From assembly GCA_011109175.1 (NCBI GenBank), contig RDEW01000027.1, forward strand, positions 581,827 through 614,826: a DNA stretch of 33,000 nucleotides. The letters are read 5' to 3'. The position numbers were made by a program, and so were the translations under genes. Position 1 is the first letter of the stretch. Each line of letters begins with the position of its first letter. This DNA comes from Dicyema japonicum (Eukaryota; Animalia; Dicyemida). Below are positions 1 to 11,789 of the stretch, piece by piece. The notes under the pieces are model-generated. The model did no database searches, had not been told where the DNA came from, and saw only the letters and a list, made by a program, of their open reading frames with translations.

Positions 1-502
1 GTTTGTGTTAATTTGCAGGAATACCACTGTTAATAGTCATTGTCATAAGTTCAGTTTCCACAAATGCTTATCATTCGGATAAAAAGTAAAATTTGATTCA
101 ATATTTTAAGATGTATGTTGCATGGAACTGCATTCTACTTAGGACTGTTAGTTCCATGTGCAGCTATATTTTTAATTATTACTATTTTGTACTGTTATAT
201 TTTCTACAAATTCATTTATTACGGAAGAAGACTAAATTCATTCAAATCAAAAAAATCAAAAAATTCTATATTAATTTTCTTATTTTTTGTATCAGGTTTA
301 TATTTTCTTATATTTTGCAGGTATTAACTGGTTCTTAGCCTTTTTCCTTGAATTTGATAAATTTAAAATAATTGAATACACTTTCTGTATTTTAGTGTGT
401 CCACAAGGCTTCATCATTTTAATATTGAATATTCAAAATAAACGAAAATGTCAAGCAGAGGCAAAATCTAAAAAATCCACCGCAACTATGGTAAGAAATT
501 AA
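1..502 (+). CDS. 3' part of a secretin/adhesion-class 7TM GPCR (TM5-TM7), 5' truncated by window edge
   Basis: Joining ORFs 115-327 and 287-502 across a GT-AG intron at 296-320 gives hydrophobic helices ending ...FFVSGINWFLAFF...YTFCILVCPQGFIILIL, matching the class B TM6 G-x-x-W and TM7 QG motifs. Confidence 0.6.
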
Positions 503-826
503 TATTAGATTTAACATTTTAATTAATTTTACTAACGATAATTCATTTTGGGTTTAAAATCAATAAAAATAAAACTGGTCTCCCATGTTCTATTAGAGTG
601 AATATTAGGGAAACATAATTATTGACCTAAAAAAACTAAAAATTGATCTTAAAATGTCAAATTAATTGTTGTCGTCTGTTGTCGTTGTGTTGTTAAAAGA
701 AGAGGAAAAGATGAGAATAAGAAAGGAAAATCAGAAAAGAACATGCAGAAAACTGTAAAAGAAGATGAGATCTGCACAAAGTGCAACATAATGAACAAAA
801 AAAAGCGGATGATCCATTGCACAGCA

Positions 827-1068
827 TGTTCGTATGGCTTCCACATGTCCTGTGCCGGAATGACTAAAAGAGCCCTGGCTGCCATTTCCGATTGGCACTG
901 TCGATCTTGTCTCCTACCAGGTAATACGACAAACTCTTCCCTACGCTTGTTCGTATGGCTTCCACATGTCCTGTGCCGGAATGACTAAAAGAGCCCTGGC
1001 TGCCATTTCCGATTGGCACTGTCGATCTTGTCTCCTACCAGGTAATACGACAAACTCTTCCCTACGCT
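827..1068. repeat. Perfect 121-bp tandem duplication (827-947 / 948-1068) inside the PHD-coding region
   Basis: Two identical copies starting TGTTCGTATGGCTT. Length is not a multiple of 3, so it breaks the ORF. Confidence 0.9.
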
Positions 1069-1999
1069 ACCCTTCTAAACATGTTCCACTAGAATACTTG
1101 AATTGATCTCCAACCTGACACACACACGAAGACTCCTGATTAGGATCCTTAAAGCTGCTTGTATATCTGTCGCGGACTGCCTATGTGAGTGTATTGAAAG
1201 GGCAGTTTCTTTGGACGACTCTGATGATTGGGTACGATTATTTTGCTTTGCTCTATTCACACTATGCATACCCCATAGGAGGGGGAAAGAAGAGAAATTA
1301 CTTACGTCATTAATAAAGGAGAATGTTCACACATTCTTCTCAAAGAACCTATTGTCAGACTCCGAAAAGCTCTCCTACAAATTTCAAAACCATGAGAAGC
1401 CAACATCGACTATCTCGGACACTCAGAGATTAAGAAGCGCGATCCGTCGAAAACTTTCGGAAGGTGGTATCCGTGCTGCAATGAGGATCCTTGCAGATCA
1501 ACAATGTATAATTGAGCCGTCCGAACAGTCCTACGCATCACTTGTTGAGCGACACCCAAGTCTCCTCAACGACCACCGGGTTCCCCCTTGCCCAGGACAA
1601 TTACCCAATCTACTTGTCTCTGAAGAGGACGTAAAAGATGGGATCCTCTTTTTCGTCCCGAGTAGCAGTGGAGGACTAGATTGGCTCCGTCCGGGTCACA
1701 TCAAAGATCTCATTGCTCATAACATAGGCAACTCTGGGGTCCGACTCGTGTTGGCTATCACCAAACTAATGAACAGGATGCTATCAGGGACACTACCAGA
1801 AACAATTCAACACGTAATGTTCTCCGCAAAGTTAATCGCATTCGACAAGAAAGGAGGTGGAATACGCCCTATTGCAGTCGGAATGGTCGTCCGTCGGTTG
1901 GCCTCAAAGCTTGTATGCATAGCAATCCTATCCACGCTGATAACACAGCTACAACCAACCCAAATAGGGGTCGGCACACCGGGGGGTTGTGAAGCGGCA

Positions 2000-2653
2000 G
2001 TTCATGCTGTTCGAACATTCACCGAAAAGAACGTGAACATTCCTCACGTAATCGTCAAAATTGACATTAAAAATGCTTTCAACTCGATACGACTTGATAC
2101 AATTCTAGAGGATTGCTTTACATACTACCCATTAGTGTACAGCTATATTCATAGCTCTTACGGAAAACCATCCAGTCTGGTACACGGCCAATATTACATT
2201 CCATCGTATTCTGGAGTCCAACAAGGAGACCCACTGGTGCCCGCCTTGTTCAGCCTAGGAATTGCCCGTATCACAGGATACTGCTCCACTCCTCTGAGAG
2301 TATGTTATTTGGATGATTGCACCATGNGTTCATGCTGTTCGAACATTCACCGAAAAGAACGTGAACATTCCTCACGTAATCGTCAAAATTGACATTAAAA
2401 ATGCTTTCAACTCGATACGACTTGATACAATTCTAGAGGATTGCTTTACATACTACCCATTAGTGTACAGCTATATTCATAGCTCGTACGGAAAACCATC
2501 CAGTCTGGTACACGGCCAATATTACATTCCATCGTATTCTGGAGTCCAACAAGGAGACCCACTGTGCCCGCCTTGTTCAGCCTAGGAATTGCCCGTATCA
2601 CAGGATACTGCTCCACTCCTCTGAGAGTATGTTATTTGGATGATTGCACCATG
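2000..2653. repeat. ~327-bp direct duplication around the N at 2327 (probable unmerged contig overlap)
   Basis: 2000-2326 is repeated at 2328-2653 with one substitution and one 1-nt deletion, separated by a single N. Confidence 0.85.
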
Positions 2654-2964
2654 GGCGGCCATCCGAAGGATGTACTAGATTGTTTGAAAAGTCTGATAGT
2701 ACAATTGGAATCCCTATGCCTAACTCTAAACACCAATAAGTGTGAAGTAACCAATTTTGGATTTCCACAGTCTGAATGGGATCTGATCCTTGGTATGTTC
2801 AGAGAGATTATTTCGAAAGCCACAGAAACCAAATCAGAACCACTGGAAATACTTGGATTCCCTCTTACTGATGCTGGAATCAGTACCACTCTAAGAACAA
2901 AAGCACATCAACTAAAAACAACATTCAGACGTCTGGAGATGCTGGACGCACACACCTCCAGCAT

Positions 2965-3408
2965 ATCCTTTTTTGGAAGTAGATCTTCCTTTTTGAAATC
3001 CGCTGTAATATAGCGACAGAAATGTATCTAGGCGTCCTTCCATCCTTTGTAATGTTATGTTCGCCAGAATTTTCCGAAGTGAATTCATTAATATGATTGG
3101 ACGGAAGTTCTCCACTTTAGCTCTTGTTTATTCGCCTTCTGTACAGTTATCAAGATACCCTATCCCAGGGTCAGCGTGTGACCATAATAGTAAATTTTCC
3201 ATTTGTCCACAATCTGCGTTCCTTTGTCATCTCTTATCGTTATCGGTTGACAGAATCTCTTTCCTTTTATTTGTTTAACAGCCTCGTAGAATTTAGCGTT
3301 GTTCTTGAGAGATTCTATTTTCTTAATCTGGTCCAGTGCTCTATTTCTGTTATGCTGTCGTATAGTCTTTCTTATTTTTGCTTTGATAATCTTTCTTTCT
3401 AGCCGCAA
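2965..3408 (-). mobile_element. RTE-like LINE RT fragment abutting/nested in the CRE element
   Basis: ENFRPIILMNSLRKILANI...RLDTFL...SGFQKGRST is the conserved segment at the start of APE-LINE RT domains. Confidence 0.7.
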
Positions 3409-3699
3409 TTTTGAATTATTAATTAAAGTCAGGTTTCGACAAATTTATATTAATTTAATGTTTATTTATTATTAAAATTGTTATAAAATATGGCGAACCT
3501 TCTAATACATTGGTATTTTTTTAGCGTGTAGTTGCCACGTTCTTGTGGTTGGTTGTTTGTTTTGTGATTTATTGTATTTTTCCCTTGTATTGTCATATAT
3601 TTTCTTTAATATTATATATATTATTGGATTCATCAAATAGTGCTGAAGTCTATTATCAAAATGTCTAATATATACATATTTTGGTAACCAATGAATATG

Positions 3700-4060
3700 G
3701 ATTATTCTCCACTATTCGATTTTTCTGTATTTACTGTGATCAGTTATTCAAATTTTTTTCTTATTTGTAAAAATTATATTTTTTATTGACCTGACTCATG
3801 TTGCAAGTTTTTACAATGCCTGTGATCCATAAAAATTTCTTCTAATTTCTTGGCCACCTCTCTTCCACTTTTTCGAGAATTTTAATTTTATCTTCAATGT
3901 ACGAAATAATCCTCCCTCTTTCACCATGATTTTTTTTGTATCCCACTAAGGATAATGCGTGGCAGGCCATAGGTTTTTCCTCTGATGACAAAGTCTTCAT
4001 AAAATTTTTTTTAATATCAAAAAAAATTTCCACTTTTCAATTTTTCTACTTATATTAAAT
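3700..4060 (-). mobile_element. Possible decayed hAT-type transposase fragment
   Basis: FMKTLSSEEKPMACHAL resembles the hAT T..LS.E..PT motif. Heavily degraded. Confidence 0.3.
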
Positions 4061-4084
4061 TATCAATTGTTCCATAAATATGTG

Positions 4085-4500
4085 TCGGCAGTGATCGTAT
4101 CAGGCTTAGAATCTGGGGTCACCTTCGAATTATGTTAATTGTTTGCGTTCTTGGACGTATATCAGTTTTATGTACTCAGGTTATTTCCTCTTCAAACTTA
4201 GACTTGAACCCTTCCAAGAGAATAGCCCACCCACCTCTGGGGACACGACCGAGTCTAGAGCGCGTGCTTTCAATAACCGAGGTAGCCCATTGTTTTCGAC
4301 AATCAGCTGTTGAGGAAGACATTATTGCTCGTAGAAAAGGAAACTTCGTGTTGTTTTGCTGATTACGAATCCTAGAAGCATCCAAAAATATATCGGACAA
4401 ACTCGGTGGCCGTTCGATTTGGGGTTTCTTTACTCAATTAGGTACACAAGTCCGCATAATCCGATGAATTTAGATGGTTCTTGTCAACATCAACCATTAA
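4085..4500 (-). mobile_element. Possible N-terminal fragment of a second CRE-like element
   Basis: GC-richer patch whose STRSRLGRVPRG parallels TRRLLIRILKA in the element at 1103. Confidence 0.3.
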
Positions 4501-5056
4501 CCAGCAACGTGATAAGAAATATAAAATAAATAACAAATCGTATTTGGAAATTTTATTTACCTCAAGTCAAAATTGATATAAAAATAACATAATAGAATAT
4601 AACATTGTTAATAGTGAAAATCACAAAGTCAAAATAGATGTCAGAATTGAACTGAAAATGGTATATTTACATGACGTGGATTGTCATTTCTTTACGAATG
4701 CCATATTAGCCTTAAATATCAATTACAGTTAAAATCCTTTGTAGTCGTGATTTGAAGTACTCAAATTTTTGATATCAAGTCGGGATTGTTCATCTTAATA
4801 AAGGCAATCACATTATGCTTAAAGTCAGAAATCCATGAACTATATTAATTTCACACTTTAAGTGGAGTGGAAAACCTGCTTACTGAACAATCTTGGAAAA
4901 CAGCTTCAGTGACATTCCCTTTGGTTGCAATGTGAACACTCTTTGATTAACTTGTTGATTCAGGAATGACTATTTTTATTGAGAGGATAAGCTATTGTAT
5001 GCATTTCGGTCATCCATCCGTACGCGGAAAGGTCACTTGGATACGACACCACAGAG

Positions 5057-5169
5057 CAGGGGTTTCAAACTTTTTTTACACGCCTCCCTTATATTCCATA
5101 GTATAATACAAACATTATTTTTAGCAGAAACGATTTTTACTGTTTTCGTTTGGTTATCTTTTAATTTTC
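5057..5169. mobile_element. hAT Buster/Charlie-type terminal sequence
   Basis: CAGGGGTTTCAAACTTTTTT resembles the end at 10917. Cut off by the N at 5170. Confidence 0.55.
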
Positions 5170-5207
5170 NCAGTATTGAAATAAATTTTTTTACCCATTA
5201 ACAGTAA

Positions 5208-6243
5208 ATGAGAAAAGTATTAACATTCTTTAATCTTTAGTTTAGGGTAGCTGTAGTTGGCGCACATGGAGGAGTTGGACAATCCACGTGTCTTCTTTTG
5301 AAATGCAACTGCGACTTAATAAGCGAACTCAATTTACTTGATATCGTTGATCCTAAGGGAATTGTCTTAGATTTGTCACATATTCCAAACAAATGCAAGG
5401 TCAGAGGATTCGTTGTCCCAAACGAAGTGGAAGAGGGATTAAGCGGAGTTGATTTTGTGCTGTTCTGTCTGGAAAATGGGAAAATCACAGGACATACAAG
5501 ATCAAGTTTATTTTATGGGAATGCCCCCCTTGTGGAAGAACACATGAACAGTATTGCCAAATATTGTCCATCAGCCATGGTGGCCTTCATCACGAATCCA
5601 GTAACTCCCATTATTAATGCAGGTTAATTCATTGGTCCCTTGGCTGTCCAAGCGTTAGCCAATAATGGAGTCGATGGGTCCAGAAAAGTGGTAGGAGTTA
5701 CGACTCTAGACCTTATAGGAAACAATCTCGTTCCTCTCCGATATGCTGGTTTATTAAAATTGTGACTTTTCCAGGACATCGAACCTTCCGAGGTCACAAG
5801 CACAGTTATGGGAGGACATTCCGGTCAGACTATCACAGCAATTATCACGGACGGAAATTTTACTGAGTCAGAAACTGAAGATCTCTGCGAAAAAATCAGA
5901 GATGCCGGATTTGAGGTTTATGTTGCCAGAAATAATGTTAGGTGATTATTGACTGATGTAGGTGTCCTCTACATTGGGGATCGCTGCAGCCGGTTTTAGA
6001 ATTACACAGTCGATCCTCTCAGGCTTAAACGGTGACCCGAATGTGGTTGATACTGCTTTTGTAAAGTCAAATCTCACCCGAACGTCTTATTTTTCTTCCC
6101 CGGTTCGTTTTGGAAGGGAAGGAGTCGAAGAAATCTTCCCATTACCAAAATTAACTAAATCACAGGAAGAAATGCTGGAAAAGTCACTTCAGTCTATTGA
6201 ACAGGAAATTCAAACTGGCCTCGATTATTTCAGTAAATCATAA
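5208..6243 (+). CDS. MDH2: Divergent malate dehydrogenase of the MDH2 type; 4 micro-introns (22-26 nt), two compensating 1-nt indels
   Basis: Spliced product MRKFRVAVVGAHGGVGQS...ITNPVNS...GVTTLD...GGHSG...AGFEV...SSTLG...YFSSPVRFGREGVEEI...GLDYFSKS*. Indels at ~5640 and ~5720. Confidence 0.85.
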
Positions 6244-6529
6244 AACCACAACATTTAATTGTCAACTAATTACTAAAAATAACATTTTTGTCAAATTAAT
6301 TTATTAATTCATTTTATAAAAAATTCATTTTCTGTTATCTGATTAAAATTGTAAAAATCACGGTCACTCCTATAATCAACATAAAACCAGCTAAAATCTC
6401 TGGTATTTATTAACGCCAGATACTCTGAGAAAAAAGTTAATAGTAGATAGCGACTAAAAATACAAAATAACGGAAATTTAAATATCAGTTCCTCAATATA
6501 TTTTTAAATATGCTTTATCAAAAACCGTA

Positions 6530-7340
6530 GGACGACAAAATTGCTGATGGGTTGAATACTTGGTCAGTGACTTTTGAAGAAACCCCTGTTGATACACACA
6601 GACTGAAGAACTGGACCAACATTATGTACAAGTATTCTTATTCCATCCTTATGGAAACGGACGACTTGCACAGTCAGACTTGTATTCTGACAGCCTCTTC
6701 CCCCCACAGCGGTGCTTGGCTGAACGCGTTCTCATCATCGTCAATTGGTTTTCTTCTTGAACTAGACGCCCTCCGAAAAGGGATATCTCTCCGTCTCGGA
6801 ATAGACCTTTGCCAGTCTCATCAATGCCGTTTTTGACTGCAAAGATCATCACCCACTCTCTTGCTGTCTTAACGGTTCCCGAGGCATGCCGCCATCTACG
6901 GGGTTGTGAAACGCAATCTTGAAGCGGCTAGATTCATCTCTGGAACCGGTGGGCCTGGATCGTGTAGATGAAAAGAGCCCAGACGGGGTAACTGTCATTT
7001 TCTTCTCCCCGGGGAAATGCTTGATTAGGATAGCGCCTGCATCGACGCCTTTTCCCAGTCGAGAATTGCTGGTTCCGCGTTGAAAGCTGGGAGGCTGCTC
7101 GGACTTTCAAGAATTTAAAGATTGAAAATTACGACAGCCTCTCCACCAGATTCCAAGTATAGACTTTAGTCGTCGATACGAGCGGAGTCTTTTGGCCCAA
7201 GACGGTCTCTATTCTAAGATCGCTTGGGTCAATGATATTGAAAGTGAGTAATTAGCGTCGGGAACCCGAATGGTTTTTCTTAAAGATTTTTCTGGAAATT
7301 GTCAGTGGAAACATTCTATCAACTGGATTATTTTGATTGT
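6530..7340 (+). mobile_element. CRE-like retrotransposon 3' part (RLE endonuclease region), decayed
   Basis: ASSPHSGAWLNA..SSSIG...ISLRLG, followed by a PDGVT motif near 6980. Multiple frameshifts. Confidence 0.75.
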
Positions 7341-7399
7341 CTCGTTTGTTTTTGATTGAAAGATCTAAATTAGTTAAAGATTCAAGGATAAGAATCAAC

Positions 7400-8010
7400 A
7401 AAAATGTATTTCCCATGCGTAGTGAGTGGTGTGTCATGTGACAACATTTATAAACCTTCTCTTTAAATCATCCAACATCATTTTATGGATTTCACTGAAT
7501 ACATTGTCTTTCTTCCCCACTTTGATTCCATTTGTGACCTTGAGTGTTGAGTTAATAGGTTTTCAGAAAAAAATTCTCGCGGCACACTAATCGTAAAAAA
7601 TAATCCACACATTAAAAAATAAAAAATTAATTTTTTGGATACGTAAAAGTGAGGACAAAAATTGGTAATTTAATTGGAAAATTGTAATGAAAAACGAGTT
7701 TCTTGATTGAATATAAGACATTGTTTTCAATATCCTCCGACAAAGAACATTCCGACGAGAAACAGTGTTATCTGACAAAGGTATCTTCATTATTTATGAC
7801 CAAACATTGTCCGAGCAATGATACGACAAGGCGGCACACCGTTTGACAATCTCTGAGTTAATATACACTATTATAGACCTGTGTTCCATCAGACTAATAG
7901 TCGACGGTAACGCGACTCTCTTATAAAATGGCCGAATATATCGTACTGAAAAAAAGATTTTTGATACCAGACATGAATTAGGCGTCTTGAATGGATCCAA
8001 TAACGTCCCC
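7400..8010 (-). mobile_element. hAT Buster/Charlie (ZBED5-like) transposase remnant
   Basis: KIPLSDNTVSRR is the Buster-family signature. Flanking frames are broken. Confidence 0.65.
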
Positions 8011-8148
8011 AAGAATTAAAGAAACAAAAAGAAGACAAACCCTCCAGTTTGAAACGTGGCGGGAATCAAAATCACAAAAAATGCGACACAGGCGATAGCA
8101 CTAACCACAAAATCAGTCAAGACACAAAAATAATCAAAAAATGAGAAA

Positions 8149-10451
8149 TCACGAATTAATAGTGACCAAGTCCTCATTAGGACGTTTATATATAAACACT
8201 GAAGACTTATTGGGATCCTTAACAATTTGATACAACCCATCTTCATACCCAGAAAAGAGTTTGAGCACACATTTGAGAATAGCCCAGCAGTTTCCAGTAT
8301 CTAAGGAGATCTGTCCACACAATTCATCGATTTCCAATTGGTGGGTGCCTAGAACCACATGGTCTGTTGCTGATTTCATGTTTTTCCTGGAAATCATTCT
8401 AAATAATAACCAAAAACACAAAACCCAAATTTAACAGAACTGAAGGCTCCAAGCTTGGCTGTGAGGGCCCAACGAGCGACTGAGCATGTGTTACAGGCGA
8501 TTGAGTTCATCACAATAGATGGTTTATGGGAGTCAATCAGAAGGCGCCAGTTCATGTCAAGGGACTACATGTGAGTTGGAATAACAACAGGTTTCCACTC
8601 GAGGACAGTTCGAACGAGTGAATAGGATAGCCTAGAGTTAAGTCTGCTGGAAGTCAAAGAATTGGCAGCATCGAGGTGAAACCTCACCACAACAGAGTTG
8701 TCATCATCAATAGTGAATTTACGATACCTTAATAATAAAATATATTTAGTTTGGTTGACCAAAATAAAATATTTATAATTTATAAATATTATTTAACTCA
8801 AATAATATTATAATAAATTAAAAATAGTCGGGAAAGCATTAAAAGTAAAAACGTACCGAAATCCTTCATTCGAATCAGAAGAATCGTCCGAAGAGGCGCG
8901 TCCAGAAGACTAGAAAATAAATTATAAGAAAATTAAAATTTATAAAAAATAAAACGAAATGAAAAATTAATTTAATTTTAAGAATAAAATTCACGAATAC
9001 ACAAATTAAGCCCTCATTCAATAGTGGGAGGAAATTATAGAAATAATGACTACAAAAGAATGCAGCACACAGTGAAGATTAATGTATACAGAAAAAATAG
9101 CCACAAAAATAAATTGAAATATTAGAGCAGTAACTTTGTATTAAGAAATGAATTTATAATAAATAAAAAAAATAAATGATAAAAATTACAAAATTTGAAT
9201 TATATTTAGAATAATAAGGTACCTTAAGAATAATTTGTGAAAGAAAAGCCCATTGTACACGAAAGGACTCATCATAGAGTCCATGGACAGAATTAATACC
9301 AGACATTTCAAAAGGAACATCCACTGGAAGATTAAAAGTCTCATCAATCGGTGTTTTATCTGGAATAACTAATTTAGTAAACGTGGATTCATTTGGGTGA
9401 ACATATACACAACATTCTCCCATTTCAAAACCTGGACGTCCCACGTACTAGTCGACCTGGGAGAACACATCAATAAGGAGAGAGCAGAGTCGGTAGCAAA
9501 CACATTGGCTACTTTTTCTTCGCTAAACTAAAAATTAATAAATACGAATAAAAGTGAAATAAATGAAAATAATTATATTTTAAATTAATTTATAAACTAT
9601 TTAAAAAATAAATAAAACATTTTGAATTATTGGGTCGAGAATCAAGCTGTTGGCAGAGTATACTTTGCTATTTGATACCAAAACAACAGGCCTCTTAGAG
9701 CTAATTCTGTCAATAGAAGAATCAATCACTCCAACAGAGCCAGAGAAGCACCTAAAAGTAAAATTCATAGAAAATGAACAAATCAGAAACGTCAGAGATT
9801 TCCTGTCCTAAGGTGAGCTTTGAAAGAAATGGGAACTCCAATTCTATGATCTTTTCCCAGTTCGAGGCAACTTTTAAGGATGCGTCGAGTTTAGCGTACA
9901 TCTAAGAAATAAGCAAAAATCTCACTCGACGGATTTTTACGTCGTTTCTCCGCGTGTTTGGCCGTTGTTTGGTGACAAACATGTTTTTCTCCTTGGATTT
10001 TTGCTCCAATTTGGTCTTCTTGGAGATCTTCCTTGTGTACCTCGTTACTTCGACAGGCTGGTAAGCTTCTGCAGTTGTCTGGGCGTCTTTCCGAACCTTT
10101 AAGTAATTTTTGTTAAATATTGATTAATTTTCAAATTTAAAAACTTTTACCTGTTGTTGGTTTATTTGACGCTTTTTCTGGTTGGTGGTTTTTTGGGCAG
10201 TGACGTGGCTCGTAAAGAGGTTGTCTCCCCCGTGGTCGTAGGTATACTCACTTCGGTAGGCTGATCTCTTATCTCCGACATCCCCAAGGAATGAATCAGC
10301 GATCTAAAATTGACAGATTTAAATGGACTTTGAAATTAAAGTCATTGGGGCACCCCAAAATTGGAATAGACTCAAATTTCTTAGGAATTGTGCTTGGTCC
10401 CCATATATCCTCTTTAGAACATAATTCTGGAAGTTCAAATCTTAGTTTCAT
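8149..10451 (-). CDS. EIF3D: Eukaryotic translation initiation factor 3 subunit D, multi-exon
   Basis: Spliced product MKLRFELPELCSKEDIWGP...DASLKVASNW..IELEFP...NVFATDS...WDVQV...YRKF...ARWA...HVVLGTHQ...NCWAILKC...GLYQIVKDPNK is colinear with eIF3d. One missing A at 9423-9425. Confidence 0.9.
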
Positions 10452-10916
10452 ATCTAGTTAAATCAAAACAGCACTAACACACAAATCACACGCTTTTAAA
10501 TTTATTTTATAATTTAAATTTATTATTTTTAAATTATTTATTTTTTAAATAATTTTTATTTTCTAAAAGTGGCTTTATCTTCAATTAGATTCATAAAAAA
10601 TAAATACTTAACATTACCTTTTTGGGAAGACAAAAAAATACGTTGAGTTGGAAATGTATGCAAATTTTCGTATTACCCATATATTTATTTAAGTTTAGAA
10701 TTCTCGTTGTAAATAACTCTAATCCGTTTATTTTAATTCTACAATCTCTCCGATATTTCTTGACACTTTTGCTGTTATCTCCAGTTGGTCTTAATTGGGG
10801 TTATTATTCTTTTTCATGGATTTTTAAATATAATAATCTAAGTTCTTCCCCGCTGGTGACTATACCTGTTAGATCTCTCCAAGTGTCGATTGTCTCAATT
10901 AGACATTCGTGTAGTC

Positions 10917-11750
10917 CAGGGGTTCTCAACCTTTTTTTACTCGTCGACCCCTTGACTTTTTTTTTCGACCCCCTCGACCCCTCCTCTAATAATTAATCGA
11001 CCCCTTAAAACTTTTTATTTAGAACAGACAATTCTAAGTAAAATTAGTTAACTATCTAAAATGAATTCATTGTTAATAATCAAATCAAACAAAAAAAGTA
11101 TATATTCGATGTTAAGTTGGTATCTTAGCATAAATCTATAATAAAAAAGAATTAAATACCAATGGGATCCCTGTGGCTGATGTTTTTTAACCAAAGATTC
11201 GATATCTGGCTCTATTTGTGTTATTTTTAAACAAATATCTCCTCTAATGGAGTCATCCAATCTGTTTCGTTCTTTATTTACAACTCAATGTAGAATGCTA
11301 AATCCGCATTCAACACAGTATGATGTCAGAAGATAGAGTGCTATTTTTGTCCACAATTTTGGATAAACCTCAGTGTGAAGCACAAGACGGACATATGTTT
11401 CTTTAGCCTCTGCAAAATTTTCTAAAAAGACGATCATACTTGCTTTAATTTAGTTTATGATTTTAATAACTATATTTATTGTTTCATGTAGAATTGGCGG
11501 AAGAGCTTTTGAGACCAAATGTTGTCTATGTAGGACGCAATGTATATGAATCACATTTGGACATATTTTTTTCAAATATGCCGCAAATCTGCACAAATGT
11601 CTTCAACATACCCTGGAGAAATCCACACTTGTCGACACTAATTATAAGTATAATAGTCCCATGAGAGATTAGCCACGTGGTTAATTGGTCTGAAGGTTGA
11701 GGTTATGTACCTCTTATTATTATTAGCACTTTCACGAGAGCCATAATATT
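10917..11750 (-). mobile_element. hAT Buster/Charlie element 3' end with TIR and dimerisation-domain remnant
   Basis: TIR CAGGGGTTCTCAACC at 10917, subterminal TCGACCCC repeats, flanking 8-mer GTGTAGTC with central TA (Buster target preference), and protein TSYCVECGFS...KERNRLD...IEPDI..LVKKHQPQGSH. Confidence 0.85.
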
Positions 11751-11789
11751 TATAGCCCCGCATGTGCAGCAAAAAATATAAGAGAATTA

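Larger units (their letters stand above)
743..2965 (+). mobile_element. CRE-like (RLE-type) non-LTR retrotransposon, 5'/RT part with N-terminal PHD finger; disrupted
   Basis: PHD pattern CTKC...IHCTACSYGFHMSC...WHCRSC. RT motifs GGIRPIAVG, QIGVG.PGGCEAAVH, KIDIKNAFN, GVQQGDPL, YLDD. Truncated at ~2965 by an opposite-strand insert. Confidence 0.85.

Noticed and set aside
2000-2653. Apparent duplicated RT domain
   Set aside because: Near-identical copies flank a single N, typical of an unmerged contig overlap.
5641-5720. TAG reassignment, suggested by four in-frame TAGs in the shifted MDH frame and the TAG in MTO1
   Set aside because: The conserved GVTTLD lies in another frame, and GPALPP1 ends with TAG at its expected C-terminus (32163-32165).
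743-7340. A single CRE element that captured the MDH gene between its RT and RLE halves
   Set aside because: The intervening protein segment is missing, MDH retains introns, several other TE fragments intervene and an N join lies at 5170. Independent fragments are simpler.
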